From: an uncultured Gemmatimonadales bacterium
GTDB lineage: Bacteria > Gemmatimonadota > Gemmatimonadetes > Gemmatimonadales > GWC2-71-9
Assembly (NCBI GenBank): GCA_963728915.1
Contig: CAVSLV010000003.1
Span: forward strand, 32,001 to 96,000
Direction: 5' to 3'
Length of the DNA stretch: 64,000 nucleotides
Shown piece after piece: positions 8,121 through 18,395 of this stretch. The position numbers and the translations under genes are program-made. Numbering within the stretch: the first letter of the stretch is position 1; each line of letters starts with the position of its first letter. A model generated the notes under the pieces. That model had not been told where the DNA came from, searched no databases, and saw only the letters and a program-made list of their open reading frames with translations.

Positions 8121-10181
8121 TCAGCCTTCCTTACGACGCACCAGCGTCAGGATCGAGTACACCGCGACCGGCTCGTCGTTCTGATTGGTCACCTCCACGT
8201 CCCACAGCACGACACCCTGGGGGATCCCTCCCGGCGGCGTTTCCTTGGCCGTCTTCTGTTTGACGGTGAGACGGACCTTGATCGTATCGCCCGGGTACAC
8301 GGGCTTCACGAACCGCAGCGACTCCAGCCCGTAGTTGGCGAGCACCGGGCCCTCGCCCGGATCCACGAAGAGACCCGCCGCCGCCGCCACGACGAAGTAT
8401 CCATGGGCCACCCGTCGCGCGAAGATGGAGCGGCTGGCGGCCAGGTCGTCCATGTGGGCGTAGAAGTAGTCGCCCGAGATCCCCGCGAAGTTGACCACGT
8501 CGGCTTCGGTGACGGTCCGCCGCGCGGTGAACAGGGTTTCTCCGATGCGGAGGTCCTCGAAGTACTTCCGGAACGGGTGGACCAGGTCGGTCGGGGTGGC
8601 GGCGCCCTTCACCCAGACATTGGTGACGTGGCTCAGGGTGGTCGGGTGGCCCTGGAGCGCGGTCCGCTGCATGTAATGGAGAACGGCTCGCGCCCCGCCC
8701 AGCTCCTCGCCGCCCCCCGCGCGCCCCGGTCCGCCGTGCACCAGGTAGGGGAGCGGGGAACCGTGCCCGGTCGATTCCCTGGCCGAGTGGCGATTGATCA
8801 GCATGAGGCGTCCGTGCCAGGCGGCGGTGCCGAGGACCATCTGGCGGGCCACTTCGTCGTCGGCGGTGAATACCGAGCCGACCAGCGAGCCGCGGCCGCG
8901 CCTGGCCAGCTCGATGGCCTCCTCCACCGAACCGTAGGGCATTACCGTATTGACCGGCCCGAAGGCCTCGATGTCGTGGGGCTCGGAGCGGTCCAGCGGG
9001 TTAGGGCAGTGGAGCAGCACCGCCGGGAAGAACGCGCCCCGGCGGGGATCCGCCCCCACCACCTCGAATCGGTCGGGATCGCCGAAGACCGGGTCGGCGC
9101 CGCGCTTGAGGGCCTCGAGGTTCCGCCGTACGTCCTCGACCTGGCCCCGGCTCGCCAGGGGCCCCCAGCGCACCCCTTCCGCCGCGGGATCGCCCAGCAC
9201 CGAGCTTTGAAGCCGTTTTTCCAGAGCCTTGAGGACGTCGCCCACCATGGCGCGGGGCGCGAGGGTGCGCCGGATGGCGGTGCACTTCTGCCCCGCCTTC
9301 ACGGTCATCTCCTTCGCCACTTCCTTGATGAAGAGGTCGAACTCCTCGGTGCCGGGCGCCGCTTCCGGTCCCAGCATCGAGAAGTTGAGCGAATCCGCCT
9401 CCATGTTGAACCGCACCGACTCGGCGATGAGACGGGGGTGAGCCTTGAGTTTTCGCCCGGTCGAGGCCGACCCGGTGAAGGTGACCACATCCTGGGACAT
9501 GACGTGATCCAGCAGGTCGCCCACGCTCCCCACGAGGAGCTGGAGCGCGCCGGCCGGCAGGAGGTCGGACGCGATGATCTCGCGCACCATCGCCTCGGTA
9601 ACGTAGCTCGTGGCGGTGGCCGGCTTGACGATGGCCGGCATGCCGGCGAGCAGGGTGGGCGCGATCTTTTCCAGCATGCCCCAGCAGGGGAAGTTGAAGG
9701 CGTTGATGTGCACCGCGACGCCTTCGAGCGGTACGCAGAGGTGCCGGCCGACGAAGGTGCCGCCCTTGGAGAGCGGCTCGACTTCGCCATCCAGGTAGAA
9801 GGTCTCGTCGGGAAACTCCCGGCGCCCCCGGCTCGCATACGCGAACAGGGTCCCGATCCCGCCTTCAATGTCGATCCAGGAATCGGTGCGGGTCGCCCCG
9901 GTCGCGGCCGAAATCTCGTAGAATCTTTCCTTCCGTTCCATCAGAAACGTTGCGAGCGCCTTGAGCATCCGGGCTCGCTCGTGAAACGTCCTCCGGCGGA
10001 GCGCCGGTCCGCCGAGGCGCCGGCCATACTCCAGCATGCCCTGGAAATCGAGACCATCGCTCGAGGCCGCCGCCACCGGCTCACCCGTCACGGCGTGGTA
10101 CAGCACCGCTCCCTCGCCCTTCCCTTCGATCCACTCGCCCTGGGCGAAGCTGCCGAGCATGCGTACGGCGGTCTTAACCAT
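8121..10181 (-). CDS. paaZ: bifunctional oxepin-CoA hydrolase / aldehyde dehydrogenase PaaZ
   Basis: ALDH domain (INAFNFP, EADSLN, GQKCTA) fused to a MaoC domain (SGDYFYAHMD, VAHGYF). Confidence 0.97.
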   Translation of the reverse strand: MVKTAVRMLGSFAQGEWIEGKGEGAVLYHAVTGEPVAAASSDGLDFQGMLEYGRRLGGPALRRRTFHERARMLKALATFLMERKERFYEISAATGATRTDSWIDIEGGIGTLFAYASRGRREFPDETFYLDGEVEPLSKGGTFVGRHLCVPLEGVAVHINAFNFPCWGMLEKIAPTLLAGMPAIVKPATATSYVTEAMVREIIASDLLPAGALQLLVGSVGDLLDHVMSQDVVTFTGSASTGRKLKAHPRLIAESVRFNMEADSLNFSMLGPEAAPGTEEFDLFIKEVAKEMTVKAGQKCTAIRRTLAPRAMVGDVLKALEKRLQSSVLGDPAAEGVRWGPLASRGQVEDVRRNLEALKRGADPVFGDPDRFEVVGADPRRGAFFPAVLLHCPNPLDRSEPHDIEAFGPVNTVMPYGSVEEAIELARRGRGSLVGSVFTADDEVARQMVLGTAAWHGRLMLINRHSARESTGHGSPLPYLVHGGPGRAGGGEELGGARAVLHYMQRTALQGHPTTLSHVTNVWVKGAATPTDLVHPFRKYFEDLRIGETLFTARRTVTEADVVNFAGISGDYFYAHMDDLAASRSIFARRVAHGYFVVAAAAGLFVDPGEGPVLANYGLESLRFVKPVYPGDTIKVRLTVKQKTAKETPPGGIPQGVVLWDVEVTNQNDEPVAVYSILTLVRRKEG

Positions 10182-10779
10182 CGCGGGATTTCCTTTGCTG
10201 CCACGTTTGATAGTCGGGAGGTCTGGAAGTCTGGAGGTCGGAAGGGCGGGATCTGAGCGGCTCGCACTCGCGCAGCGTGGCGTGGAGCTGTGCGGGGAGC
10301 TGCTGGTAGAGCAAGGTGCCTTCGGTCTTCCAGGCCAGCATCTCGTCGCTCACCGGCTTGATGATCCGGGCCGGGTTCCCCGCGGCGATCATCCGGTCCG
10401 GCACCTGCATCCCTTCCTTGATGAAGGACAGGGCCCCGACGATCGCGCCGGCCCCGATCACCGCGTGATCCATGACCACGGCGTTCATTCCGATCAGCGC
10501 GTTCTTGCCGATCCGCGCCCCGTGCACGATCGATCCGTGGCCCAGGTGGGCCGACTCCTCCAGTAGGACGGTGACGCCCGGGAAAGCGTGGATCACGCAG
10601 TTCTCCTGCACGTTGCACCCGTCGGCGATCTCGATAGCGCCCCAGTCACCCCGGAGCGCGGCGCCGGGACCGATGTACACGTCACGCCCGATGCTCACGT
10701 TGCCGATCACGGCAGCCAGGGGATGCACGAACGCTGTCTCATGGACAACCGGCCTGACTCCCTGAAATTCGTAGATCAT
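10174..10779 (-). CDS. paaY: PaaY, gamma-carbonic-anhydrase / hexapeptide-repeat protein
   Basis: MIYEF.G..PVVH..AFVHP, LRGDWG, NVQENCVIH, GHGSIVHG; lies in the paa cluster. Confidence 0.88.
   Translation of the reverse strand: MIYEFQGVRPVVHETAFVHPLAAVIGNVSIGRDVYIGPGAALRGDWGAIEIADGCNVQENCVIHAFPGVTVLLEESAHLGHGSIVHGARIGKNALIGMNAVVMDHAVIGAGAIVGALSFIKEGMQVPDRMIAAGNPARIIKPVSDEMLAWKTEGTLLYQQLPAQLHATLRECEPLRSRPSDLQTSRPPDYQTWQQRKSRDG
10212..10256. repeat. 8-bp tandem array inside the paaY 3' end
   Basis: ggaggtct ggaagtct ggaggtcg; encodes PSDLQTSRPPD. Confidence 0.6.
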
Positions 10780-11987
10780 GCCCGCTCGATGATCGTGGCC
10801 ATGCCCTGCCCGACCCCGACGCACATGGTGCACAGGGCGTATTTCCCCCCCGTGTGATGCAGCTCCCGCATCGCGGTGAGCAGCAAGCGCGCCCCGCTCA
10901 TGCCGAGGGGATGACCGAGCGCGATGGCGCCACCGTTCGGGTTCACCCGCGGGTCGCTGTCGGCGATGCCCAGCTCGCGGGTGCAGGCCAGCACCTGGGC
11001 GGCGAAGGCCTCGTTGAGCTCGATGACATCCATCTGGTCGAGGGTGAGACTGGCCAGAGCGAGCGCTTTCCGGGTGGCCGGCACCGGCCCCAGGCCCATG
11101 GTGCGGGGCTCGACGCCCGCCGCGGCGGTCGCGATCACCCGCGCCTTCGGCACCAGACTGTGCTGGCGCACCCCTTCGTCCGACGCCACCAGCAGGGCGC
11201 AGGCGCCGTCGTTGAGGCCGCTCGAGTTGCCGGCCGTCACCGATCCGCCCTCGCGAAAGGCGGGCTTGAGTCGCGCCAGCACCTCGATCGTGGTGTCGGG
11301 GCGAATGAACTCGTCCTGCTCGAAGCTGCCGGCCGGCTGGCCTTTCCGGGCCGGCGGAAGCGGCACCGGAACGATCTCCTCGGCGAAACGGCCCCGGGCT
11401 CGCGCCGCGGCTGCTTTCTGCTGGGAGGCGGCCGCAAACCTGTCCTGATCTTCCCGGGGGATTTTCCGTTCCGCGACCACGTTTTCCGCGGTCTGGCCCA
11501 TCGAATCGATCCCGTACTTCTCCTGCATCTTCGGGTTGACGAATCGCCAGCCCAGGCTGGTATCGAAGAGCTCCTGGGTGCGGCCGAACGGCTGGGCGGA
11601 CTTGGAGAGCACGTAGGGGGCGCGGGTCATGTGCTCGATCCCGCCCGCCAGATAGACATCGCCCTCGCCGAGCCGGGCTCCCCGCGCTGCACTCGCCACG
11701 GCACCCATCCCGGACGCGCACAGCCGGTTCACGGTCTCGCCGGGGACGCTGGCGGGAATGCCGGCGAGGAGCAGCGCCATCCGCGCCACGTTCCGGTTAT
11801 CCTCGCCGGCCTGATTCGCGCACCCCATGATGACGTCGGTGAGACGCACCGGATCGAGCCCGGGATGCCGGGCCAGCAGGCTCGCGAGCACGTGCGCGGC
11901 CAGATCGTCCGCACGCACCCCCGCGAGCGATCCGCCCAGGCTCCCGATCGGAGTCCTGATACCGTCGATGAGATACGCGTTGCCCAT
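10776..11987 (-). CDS. paaJ: 3-oxoadipyl-CoA thiolase PaaJ/PcaF
   Basis: GCANQAGEDNRNVARM, NRLCASG, NEAFA, GHPLG.SG, CVGVGQG. Confidence 0.95.
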   Translation of the reverse strand: MGNAYLIDGIRTPIGSLGGSLAGVRADDLAAHVLASLLARHPGLDPVRLTDVIMGCANQAGEDNRNVARMALLLAGIPASVPGETVNRLCASGMGAVASAARGARLGEGDVYLAGGIEHMTRAPYVLSKSAQPFGRTQELFDTSLGWRFVNPKMQEKYGIDSMGQTAENVVAERKIPREDQDRFAAASQQKAAAARARGRFAEEIVPVPLPPARKGQPAGSFEQDEFIRPDTTIEVLARLKPAFREGGSVTAGNSSGLNDGACALLVASDEGVRQHSLVPKARVIATAAAGVEPRTMGLGPVPATRKALALASLTLDQMDVIELNEAFAAQVLACTRELGIADSDPRVNPNGGAIALGHPLGMSGARLLLTAMRELHHTGGKYALCTMCVGVGQGMATIIERA

Positions 11988-12064
11988 AGTGAATCCAACT
12001 CTCGCTTTGGCCTAACTCGTGAAGCCATGCTAATTTAGTACGCTTTCTCCCGGACCGGCACTTC

Positions 12065-12859
12065 ATGAGCGAGCCGACCATTCTGTACCAGGTGCGGGAC
12101 GAGGTGGCGTGCATCACGCTGAATCGTCCCGACGTACTGAACAGCTTCAACGCCGCGATGTCCCTCGCCCTCCAGCAACGGCTGTCGGAGGTGGCCCGGG
12201 AGTCCAGGCTCCGGGCCGTCTACCTCTCCGGGGCCGGGCGGGCCTTCTGCGCCGGCCAGGACCTCGCCGAGGCCAAACCGAAAGAAGGAGGCGCCGGGAT
12301 CGAAGACTTCGAGGTCCGGGTCCGCAACTTCTATAACCCGCTGATCCTCGCGATCCGCCGGATGCCCAAGCCGGTCGTGTGCGCGGTGAACGGTGTGGCC
12401 GCGGGCGCCGGAGCCAATCTGGCCCTGGCCTGCGACTTCGTCGTCGCCGCGGAAGAGGCGAGCTTCCTTCAGGCGTTCGTCAAAGTGGGCCTGGTGCCCG
12501 ATACCGGCGGGACCTGGACTTTGCCACGCCTGGTGGGGAAAGCCCAGGCCACCGCGATGATGCTGCTCGGCGACAAGATTCCCGCCTCGCGCGCGTATCA
12601 GCTCGGCATGATCTACCAGGTGTGTCCCCTCGCCCAGCTCGAGAAGGTCGCCTTGGAGCTGACCACCCGCCTGGCGGCGCAGCCGACCTACGCGGTGTCG
12701 CTGATCAAGCAGCTCCTCGCGGTCTCCTCCCACAATTCCCTAGAGCAGCAGCTCGAGCTGGAGGCCGAGTACCAGGGCCGCGCGGGCCGGTCGGCCGATT
12801 ATCACGAGGGAGTGAAAGCCTTCCTCGAGAAGCGTCCCCCCAAATTCGCCGGGAACTAA
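12065..12859 (+). CDS. paaG: 2-(1,2-epoxy-1,2-dihydrophenyl)acetyl-CoA isomerase PaaG
   Basis: crotonase fold: FCAGQDL, NGVAAGAGANLALACD, GLVPDTGG. Confidence 0.92.
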   Translation: MSEPTILYQVRDEVACITLNRPDVLNSFNAAMSLALQQRLSEVARESRLRAVYLSGAGRAFCAGQDLAEAKPKEGGAGIEDFEVRVRNFYNPLILAIRRMPKPVVCAVNGVAAGAGANLALACDFVVAAEEASFLQAFVKVGLVPDTGGTWTLPRLVGKAQATAMMLLGDKIPASRAYQLGMIYQVCPLAQLEKVALELTTRLAAQPTYAVSLIKQLLAVSSHNSLEQQLELEAEYQGRAGRSADYHEGVKAFLEKRPPKFAGN

Positions 12860-14043
12860 TGGCCGACCGGCAAGCCTGGACCGTCGGCGTGGTCGGCGCC
12901 GGGACCATGGGGAGCGGAATCGCCCAGGTCGCGGCGGCTGCGGGGCACCGGGTCATGGTGACTGACGCGAGTCCCGAGGCGCTGGAAGCCAGCCGGGCCC
13001 GGCTCCGCCGGACCATCGATGGCCTCCGCGACAAGGGGCGGCTCGACCAGGCCACGGCCGACCGTCTGGTGGAGTCCATCACCTGGGCCCCGGGAGCGGC
13101 CGGCGAATACGGCCTCTTCCGCCACTGCGATCTCGTGATCGAAGCGGTGCTGGAAGACCTCGCGGTCAAGCGGGACGTGTTCCGGAGGCTCGAGGCCGAG
13201 GTGAGCGAGGATTGCGTCCTCGCCACCAACACCTCCTCGCTCGCGGTCACCGCGATCGCCGGCGCGTGCCGGCTCCCCACCCGGGTCCTCGGGCTTCACT
13301 TCTTCAATCCCGTCCCGATCATGCAGCTGGTGGAAATCGTCCCGGGCCTCCTGACCGATGTGAGCATCGCCGGCGCGGCGCAGACCCTGATGGAGGACTG
13401 GGGCAAGATCACCGTTCTCTCCGCCGACACCCCCGGCTTCATCGTGAACCGGGTGGCCCGCCCGTTCTACGGCGAGGCGCTCCGAATCTACGAGGAGGGG
13501 ATCGCGAGCAAGAGCACGATCGATTGGGCGATGCGCGAGCAGGGCGGGTTCCGGATGGGACCGTTCGAGCTCATGGACCTGATCGGCAACGACGTGAACT
13601 ACGCGGTGACGAAATCGATCTTCGAGGCGATGCACGGCGATCCCCGCTACAAGCCATTCCTCACCCAGCAGCGGCTGGTCGAAGCCGGTTTCCTGGGCAG
13701 GAAATCGGGCCGGGGGCACTACGACTATCAGGAAGCCGCCGAGCGGCCGGAACCGGTGCGCGACGCCTCGCGCGGCGGGGAAATCGTCGATCGAATCCTC
13801 GCGATGCTGATCAACGAGGCCGCCGACGCGGTATTCTGGCAGGTCGCCAGCGCGGCGGACATCGAGCTGGCCATGACCAAGGGCGTCAATTATCCCAGGG
13901 GCCTGCTCGAATGGGGAAACCAGATCGGCGCCGACGTCATCGTCGAGCGGCTGGAGAGTCTCCAGCGTGAATACGGCGAGGATCGCTACCGACCGAGTCC
14001 CTTGCTGGTGCGGGCCGCCCGCCTGGGCACGCCGCTCAGATGA
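12859..14043 (+). CDS. paaH: 3-hydroxyadipyl-CoA dehydrogenase PaaH
   Basis: GAGTMGSGIAQV, ATNTSS, GLHFFNP, PGFIVNR, duplicated C-terminal domain. Confidence 0.9.
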   Translation: MADRQAWTVGVVGAGTMGSGIAQVAAAAGHRVMVTDASPEALEASRARLRRTIDGLRDKGRLDQATADRLVESITWAPGAAGEYGLFRHCDLVIEAVLEDLAVKRDVFRRLEAEVSEDCVLATNTSSLAVTAIAGACRLPTRVLGLHFFNPVPIMQLVEIVPGLLTDVSIAGAAQTLMEDWGKITVLSADTPGFIVNRVARPFYGEALRIYEEGIASKSTIDWAMREQGGFRMGPFELMDLIGNDVNYAVTKSIFEAMHGDPRYKPFLTQQRLVEAGFLGRKSGRGHYDYQEAAERPEPVRDASRGGEIVDRILAMLINEAADAVFWQVASAADIELAMTKGVNYPRGLLEWGNQIGADVIVERLESLQREYGEDRYRPSPLLVRAARLGTPLR

Positions 14044-14462
14044 CCGCCGCCCAGGAGCTCGCCGAGCGGGTCGTCCGCGGCATGATGGCGGGTGACGAGT
14101 TCAGCCGCTGGCTCGGCGTCGAAGTCCTCGAGATCGCGCCCGGCCGGTGCCGCTGCCGCATGACGGTCCGGCCGGAGATGGTGAACGGGTTCGGCGTCGC
14201 CCACGGCGCGATCGCGTTCGCCCTGGCCGACAGTGCGTTTGCCTTCGCGTGCAACACCGAGGGCCACGTGACGATGAGCATCGAGAACGGCATCAGCTAT
14301 CCCAGGGCGGTGCACCCGGGCGACGAGCTGACCGCCGTCGCGAGCGAAGAAAGCGCCGGGCGCAAGATCGCCTTTTTCCTGGTCCGGGTCACCAACCAGC
14401 GAGACGAGACGGTCGCCCTGTTCCGGGGCACCGCCTATCGCACCGAGAAGGAACACGCATGA
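14040..14462 (+). CDS. paaI: hydroxyphenylacetyl-CoA thioesterase PaaI
   Basis: NGFGVAHGAIAFALADSAFAFACN hotdog motif. Confidence 0.92.
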   Translation: MTAAQELAERVVRGMMAGDEFSRWLGVEVLEIAPGRCRCRMTVRPEMVNGFGVAHGAIAFALADSAFAFACNTEGHVTMSIENGISYPRAVHPGDELTAVASEESAGRKIAFFLVRVTNQRDETVALFRGTAYRTEKEHA

Positions 14463-16495
14463 TCGACTGGGAGCGGGTTCTCTATCTGGCGACCGTCTCG
14501 CGCTTCCTCGACGACACCGAGGAACAGCGGCTGGTTCCCGAGAAGAAGGTGCTCTACCAGTTCTCGGCGCGGGGGCACGAGGTGGCCCAGATCATCCTGG
14601 GGCAGCACCTCACCCATCCGCACGACGCGGTCGGCGCCTACTACCGATCGCGGCCGCTGCTCTTGTCGCTGGGCCTGTCCATCACCGACGCGTTCGCGTC
14701 GCCGATGGGGAAGTCGGGCGGGTTCAGCGACGGACGGGACATCGGGGTGGTCTGCAATCTCCCCAATGATCCGGGACCGGTGGTGCTTCCGATGTCGGGA
14801 GACGTGGGCTCGCAATACACCCCGACGGCCGGCTGGGCCCAGGCGATCCGGTACTACAAGGACGTCCTGGGCGCCGACGCCTATTCGGGCGCGCTTGGCT
14901 GTGTCACCGGTGGAGAAGCGTCCGTCGCCACAAATGGATTCTGGTCCGCGCTCACCATGGCCACGACGCTCAAGCTCCCGATGCTGTTCTACATCGAGGA
15001 CAACGGATTCGGGATTTCGGTGCCGGGGAGGCTCCAGACCCCGGGCGGCGACATCGCGAGGAATCTGGCGTCCTTCCAGAACCTCCTGGTCCGTGACGGG
15101 GACGGGACCGATCCGGTCCAGACCGAGCTGCTGCTGGCCGAGTGCGTGGCTCATGCCCGTACCGGCAACGGTCCCGCGCTGATCCGGCTCACGGTGCCTC
15201 GGCTGTCGGGACATTCGGGGCAGGACACCCAGGCCTACAAGGGTCCCGAGCTTCTGGAACAGGAAAAAGCCCGCGATCCACTCCCCCGGTTGCAGCAGCA
15301 CATGCTCTCGCTCGGGAAGACCGAGCTGGACCTGGCCCGGATCGTTTCCCAGGCCCGGAAGGCGGCCGAGTCAGCGCTCGAAGACGCGCTGGCGCGGCCG
15401 GAGCCGGATCCGGCCGGGGTGCTTCACCATCGAGTGGCGGAGACCATGCAGCAACGCGGCGGGTTAGGCCCGTCCGGCCACCGTTTTCCCGCCGGAAGCG
15501 AGACGCCGGCGCCGGAAGGGCCCCGGATCAACCTGCTGACCGCGGTCCGTCGCGCGCTGGAAGCCGAGCTCAGGAGCAACCCCAGGGTGCTGGTGTTCGG
15601 GGAGGATGTCGGCCCCAAGGGAGGGGTCCACGCCGCCACCCTGGGACTTCAGGAGAGTTTCGGGGAGCATCGCGTCTTCGATACCTCGCTTTCGGAAGAG
15701 GGCATCATCGGGCGAGCGGTGGGGATGGCCCTCGCCGGCCTGATGCCGGTGCCCGAGATCCAGTTCCGGAAATACGCCGACCCGGCCACCGAACAGCTCA
15801 ACAACTGCGGCACCATCCGCTGGCGCACCGACAACCGCTGGGCCGCGCCGATCGTGGTGCGGATGCCCGGCGGGTACGCCCCGAAATGCGGGGACCCATG
15901 GCACAGCGTCAACGGCGAGGTGCTCTGGGCCCACGCGATCGGGTGGCAGGTGGCGGTGCCCTCCAATGCGGAAGACGCGGTTGGCCTGCTCCGGACCGCG
16001 ATGCGGAGCAACAATCCAACGATCTTCTTCGAGCATCGCGCCCTGCTCGACGCCGCCTCGGCGCGGCGTCCCTACCCCGGGGACGATTTCGTGGTGCGGT
16101 TCGGGAAGGCCAGGATCGTCCGGCCGGGCGATCGGCTGACGGTCGTTACCTGGGGGGCGATGGTGGAGCGGTGTGAGTCCGCCGCGGAAACCAGCGGCGC
16201 GTCGGTCGAGGTCATCGACCTTCGGACCATCGCCCCCTGGGACCGGGAGACCGTCCTCGAATCGGTCAAACGGACCCGGCGCTGCCTCATCGTGCACGAA
16301 GACACCCTGACCGGGGGCTTCGGCGCCGAAGTGAGCGCCACGCTCGCCGAGCAGGCGTTCCTTTCCCTCGATGCGCCGATCGCCCGCCTGGCGATTCCCG
16401 ACGTTCCCACGCCCTACAACGTCGCCCTCATGAATGCGGTGCTCCCCCAGGTCGACGACATTGCCGCGCGGATCACCTCCCTGATCGAGTTCTAG
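14459..16495 (+). CDS. 2-oxoacid dehydrogenase E1, fused alpha/beta subunits
   Basis: GHE, YYRSR, ThDP motif GEAS...EDN, GHS..D, GEDVG.KGGV, EIQF..Y; ATG overlaps the paaI stop. Confidence 0.92.
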   Translation: MIDWERVLYLATVSRFLDDTEEQRLVPEKKVLYQFSARGHEVAQIILGQHLTHPHDAVGAYYRSRPLLLSLGLSITDAFASPMGKSGGFSDGRDIGVVCNLPNDPGPVVLPMSGDVGSQYTPTAGWAQAIRYYKDVLGADAYSGALGCVTGGEASVATNGFWSALTMATTLKLPMLFYIEDNGFGISVPGRLQTPGGDIARNLASFQNLLVRDGDGTDPVQTELLLAECVAHARTGNGPALIRLTVPRLSGHSGQDTQAYKGPELLEQEKARDPLPRLQQHMLSLGKTELDLARIVSQARKAAESALEDALARPEPDPAGVLHHRVAETMQQRGGLGPSGHRFPAGSETPAPEGPRINLLTAVRRALEAELRSNPRVLVFGEDVGPKGGVHAATLGLQESFGEHRVFDTSLSEEGIIGRAVGMALAGLMPVPEIQFRKYADPATEQLNNCGTIRWRTDNRWAAPIVVRMPGGYAPKCGDPWHSVNGEVLWAHAIGWQVAVPSNAEDAVGLLRTAMRSNNPTIFFEHRALLDAASARRPYPGDDFVVRFGKARIVRPGDRLTVVTWGAMVERCESAAETSGASVEVIDLRTIAPWDRETVLESVKRTRRCLIVHEDTLTGGFGAEVSATLAEQAFLSLDAPIARLAIPDVPTPYNVALMNAVLPQVDDIAARITSLIEF

Positions 16496-17304
16496 ACCGG
16501 AGTGCCGGCGGAGGATGAAAGGGGGGCTTCCTGTTCCCTCGCCCAGGAAAAGAACACCACTGCCATCGCAGTCAGCACCGCCAGCCCGCCGATCAGCTCC
16601 ATCACCCCGCCGGCGACCGCCTGATCGCTCATGATTGAGCGACCGTTGATGGGGGGCGCCAGCTCGTAGGTAGCGTATACCGGATAGCTGCTGAGCAGGA
16701 GCCACATGCCGAGACCGGTGTGCGCAACCGACGCGAGGAAGAGGTAGCCGATCTTGGCGATCCCCCCGCCGGCACGGAGGGGAAATGGCGCCAGGACCGG
16801 CCACCAGAACACCAGCCCGCCGACGATCCAGGCGAGGTCGATCGCGAACGCGCCAAGCTGAGTGCTCATGAGGCCATCCACCACCGACGGCAGGTGAGTC
16901 ACCACCGCGATGAGATTGAACATGACGCCGGTGGCGACCGGATGGGTGGCGACGCGGAACACGGCGCTCGAACCGAGCCGGTCTTCGAGTCGTTTCCACC
17001 GATGCCGAGGAACGCCCCTGTAGAGCAGCGGTGGCGCGAAGAAGGAGAAGACCAGGAACTGCGCCGCGTGGACCGACATCAGATAGCCCGCGCCGAGGGT
17101 GCCCACCGGCCAGTCGAGGAAGAGCCAGATCAGCAGGAGGCCCCCGGCGCCCATGATGCGGTGCAGGTATTGCCCTCGCCGCCATGCCAGAGCCACGTAG
17201 GCGACCGCGCCGGTGAGGACCACGAGCCAGACCCCCGGATAGGCACGCCACTCCCAGCTCCATGCCTGGCCCGTGGCCGAGCACCACCAGCTCACCGACA
17301 GCAT
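16492..17304 (-). CDS. ctaG: cytochrome c oxidase assembly protein, Caa3-type CtaG
   Basis: LDWPV..LG..YLMSVH..Q, GLVFWWPV, DQAVAGGVM. Confidence 0.85.
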   Translation of the reverse strand: MLSVSWWCSATGQAWSWEWRAYPGVWLVVLTGAVAYVALAWRRGQYLHRIMGAGGLLLIWLFLDWPVGTLGAGYLMSVHAAQFLVFSFFAPPLLYRGVPRHRWKRLEDRLGSSAVFRVATHPVATGVMFNLIAVVTHLPSVVDGLMSTQLGAFAIDLAWIVGGLVFWWPVLAPFPLRAGGGIAKIGYLFLASVAHTGLGMWLLLSSYPVYATYELAPPINGRSIMSDQAVAGGVMELIGGLAVLTAMAVVFFSWAREQEAPLSSSAGTPV

Positions 17305-17311
17305 CGAGCGC

Positions 17312-17941
17312 TCAGGGAGGGGCGCCGGAGCCGACCCGCACCAACCGTGGAATGTCCTCCGCCCAGTCTTGTTGCCGGGTCCCGGAGGGATACTCCACCC
17401 GCTCGAGGTTGTCGGGCGTGTAGGCGAGGACCTGCGCCGCGTGGCCCACGCCGTAGCTTCCACCCGCCGAGCCGGCGGTGTCGGGAATGGCAGGCAGGAT
17501 TCCCGCCGCGATCTGGGCTTTGGTGACCTCCTCGACGGTCCCAGTCAACCCGATGAACGAGGAACTGAACCCTCCAAGCCAGCTCCGGAGCCGCTCCGGC
17601 GTATCGCGCGCCGGATCGGTGGTGACGAACACGACCTTCACCCGGTTGGTGACCTCGGGCGAAAGTCTCGCGAGTACCGCGGCGAGGTTGGCCATGTGCA
17701 CGGGGCAGACGTCGGGACAGTAGGTGTAGCCGAAGAACAGCAGGGTGAGATACCCGTCGGTCTCCCGCCGGAAATCCCAGGCGCCTCCGCGCATGGAGGT
17801 GAGAACGAACTCCGGTTTGGGCCTGGGCGCCGGCAGCTCGGCGCCGGCGTAGCCCCCGGGAGAGAAGGTGCGCCGCTCCGCGCATCCGGCGGTGAGCATC
17901 ACGCTCAACAGAATGGATTGCCTCCAGGCGAGCCGGTTCAC
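17312..17941 (-). CDS. SCO1/SenC copper chaperone lipoprotein
   Basis: FFGYTYCPDVCP, DPARDTPERL, conserved His; lipobox LTAGC. Confidence 0.95.
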   Translation of the reverse strand: MNRLAWRQSILLSVMLTAGCAERRTFSPGGYAGAELPAPRPKPEFVLTSMRGGAWDFRRETDGYLTLLFFGYTYCPDVCPVHMANLAAVLARLSPEVTNRVKVVFVTTDPARDTPERLRSWLGGFSSSFIGLTGTVEEVTKAQIAAGILPAIPDTAGSAGGSYGVGHAAQVLAYTPDNLERVEYPSGTRQQDWAEDIPRLVRVGSGAPP

Positions 17942-18387
17942 GGTCTCTCAAGCTCCTCGATGGCCTCGGTGAACCGGAGTACCGGTACCGAAAGAAGGAT
18001 CCGCTCGCCGGCGGAGAACCGGAGCTCGAGCGGGATGGCGCCCCGCGTGAACGCGTTGGAGTCGACGTTCGTGAGCATCAAGTGCTGCCTCCCATGGCCG
18101 AACATCAGCCGAGCGCCCGGCGGGACAACGATGTAGTCGATCGGGACCATGCGGCGCAGGTTCCCCAATGCCACGACATCATGCATCATCACCGTCGCGA
18201 CGGCGCTCGTGGCGCTCTCCAGAGTATCGGGTCGCGTCCCCCGGTTCTCAAGCCGGAAGCCCACACTCGCGATACCGTCGGCCGGCATTCCCCAACTCAC
18301 GGCATGGGTGACCCGCAGGTCGCCGGCGGAGGCCGCTGCCCCCCGGCCGCCACCGCAGGCCAGTATCTCCGCCGCCACCAGTGCCAC
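17938..18387 (-). CDS. periplasmic copper chaperone PCu(A)C
   Basis: DTL.SA, MMH...RRM, HLML motifs; GTG start inferred. Confidence 0.8.
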   Translation of the reverse strand: MALVAAEILACGGGRGAAASAGDLRVTHAVSWGMPADGIASVGFRLENRGTRPDTLESATSAVATVMMHDVVALGNLRRMVPIDYIVVPPGARLMFGHGRQHLMLTNVDSNAFTRGAIPLELRFSAGERILLSVPVLRFTEAIEELERP

Positions 18388-18395
18388 GACCCTTC

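Noticed and set aside
11988..12064. PaaX/PaaR operator in the paaJ-paaG divergent region
   Set aside because: Only a weak near-palindrome (tgctaatttagta); I could not support a match to a known box.
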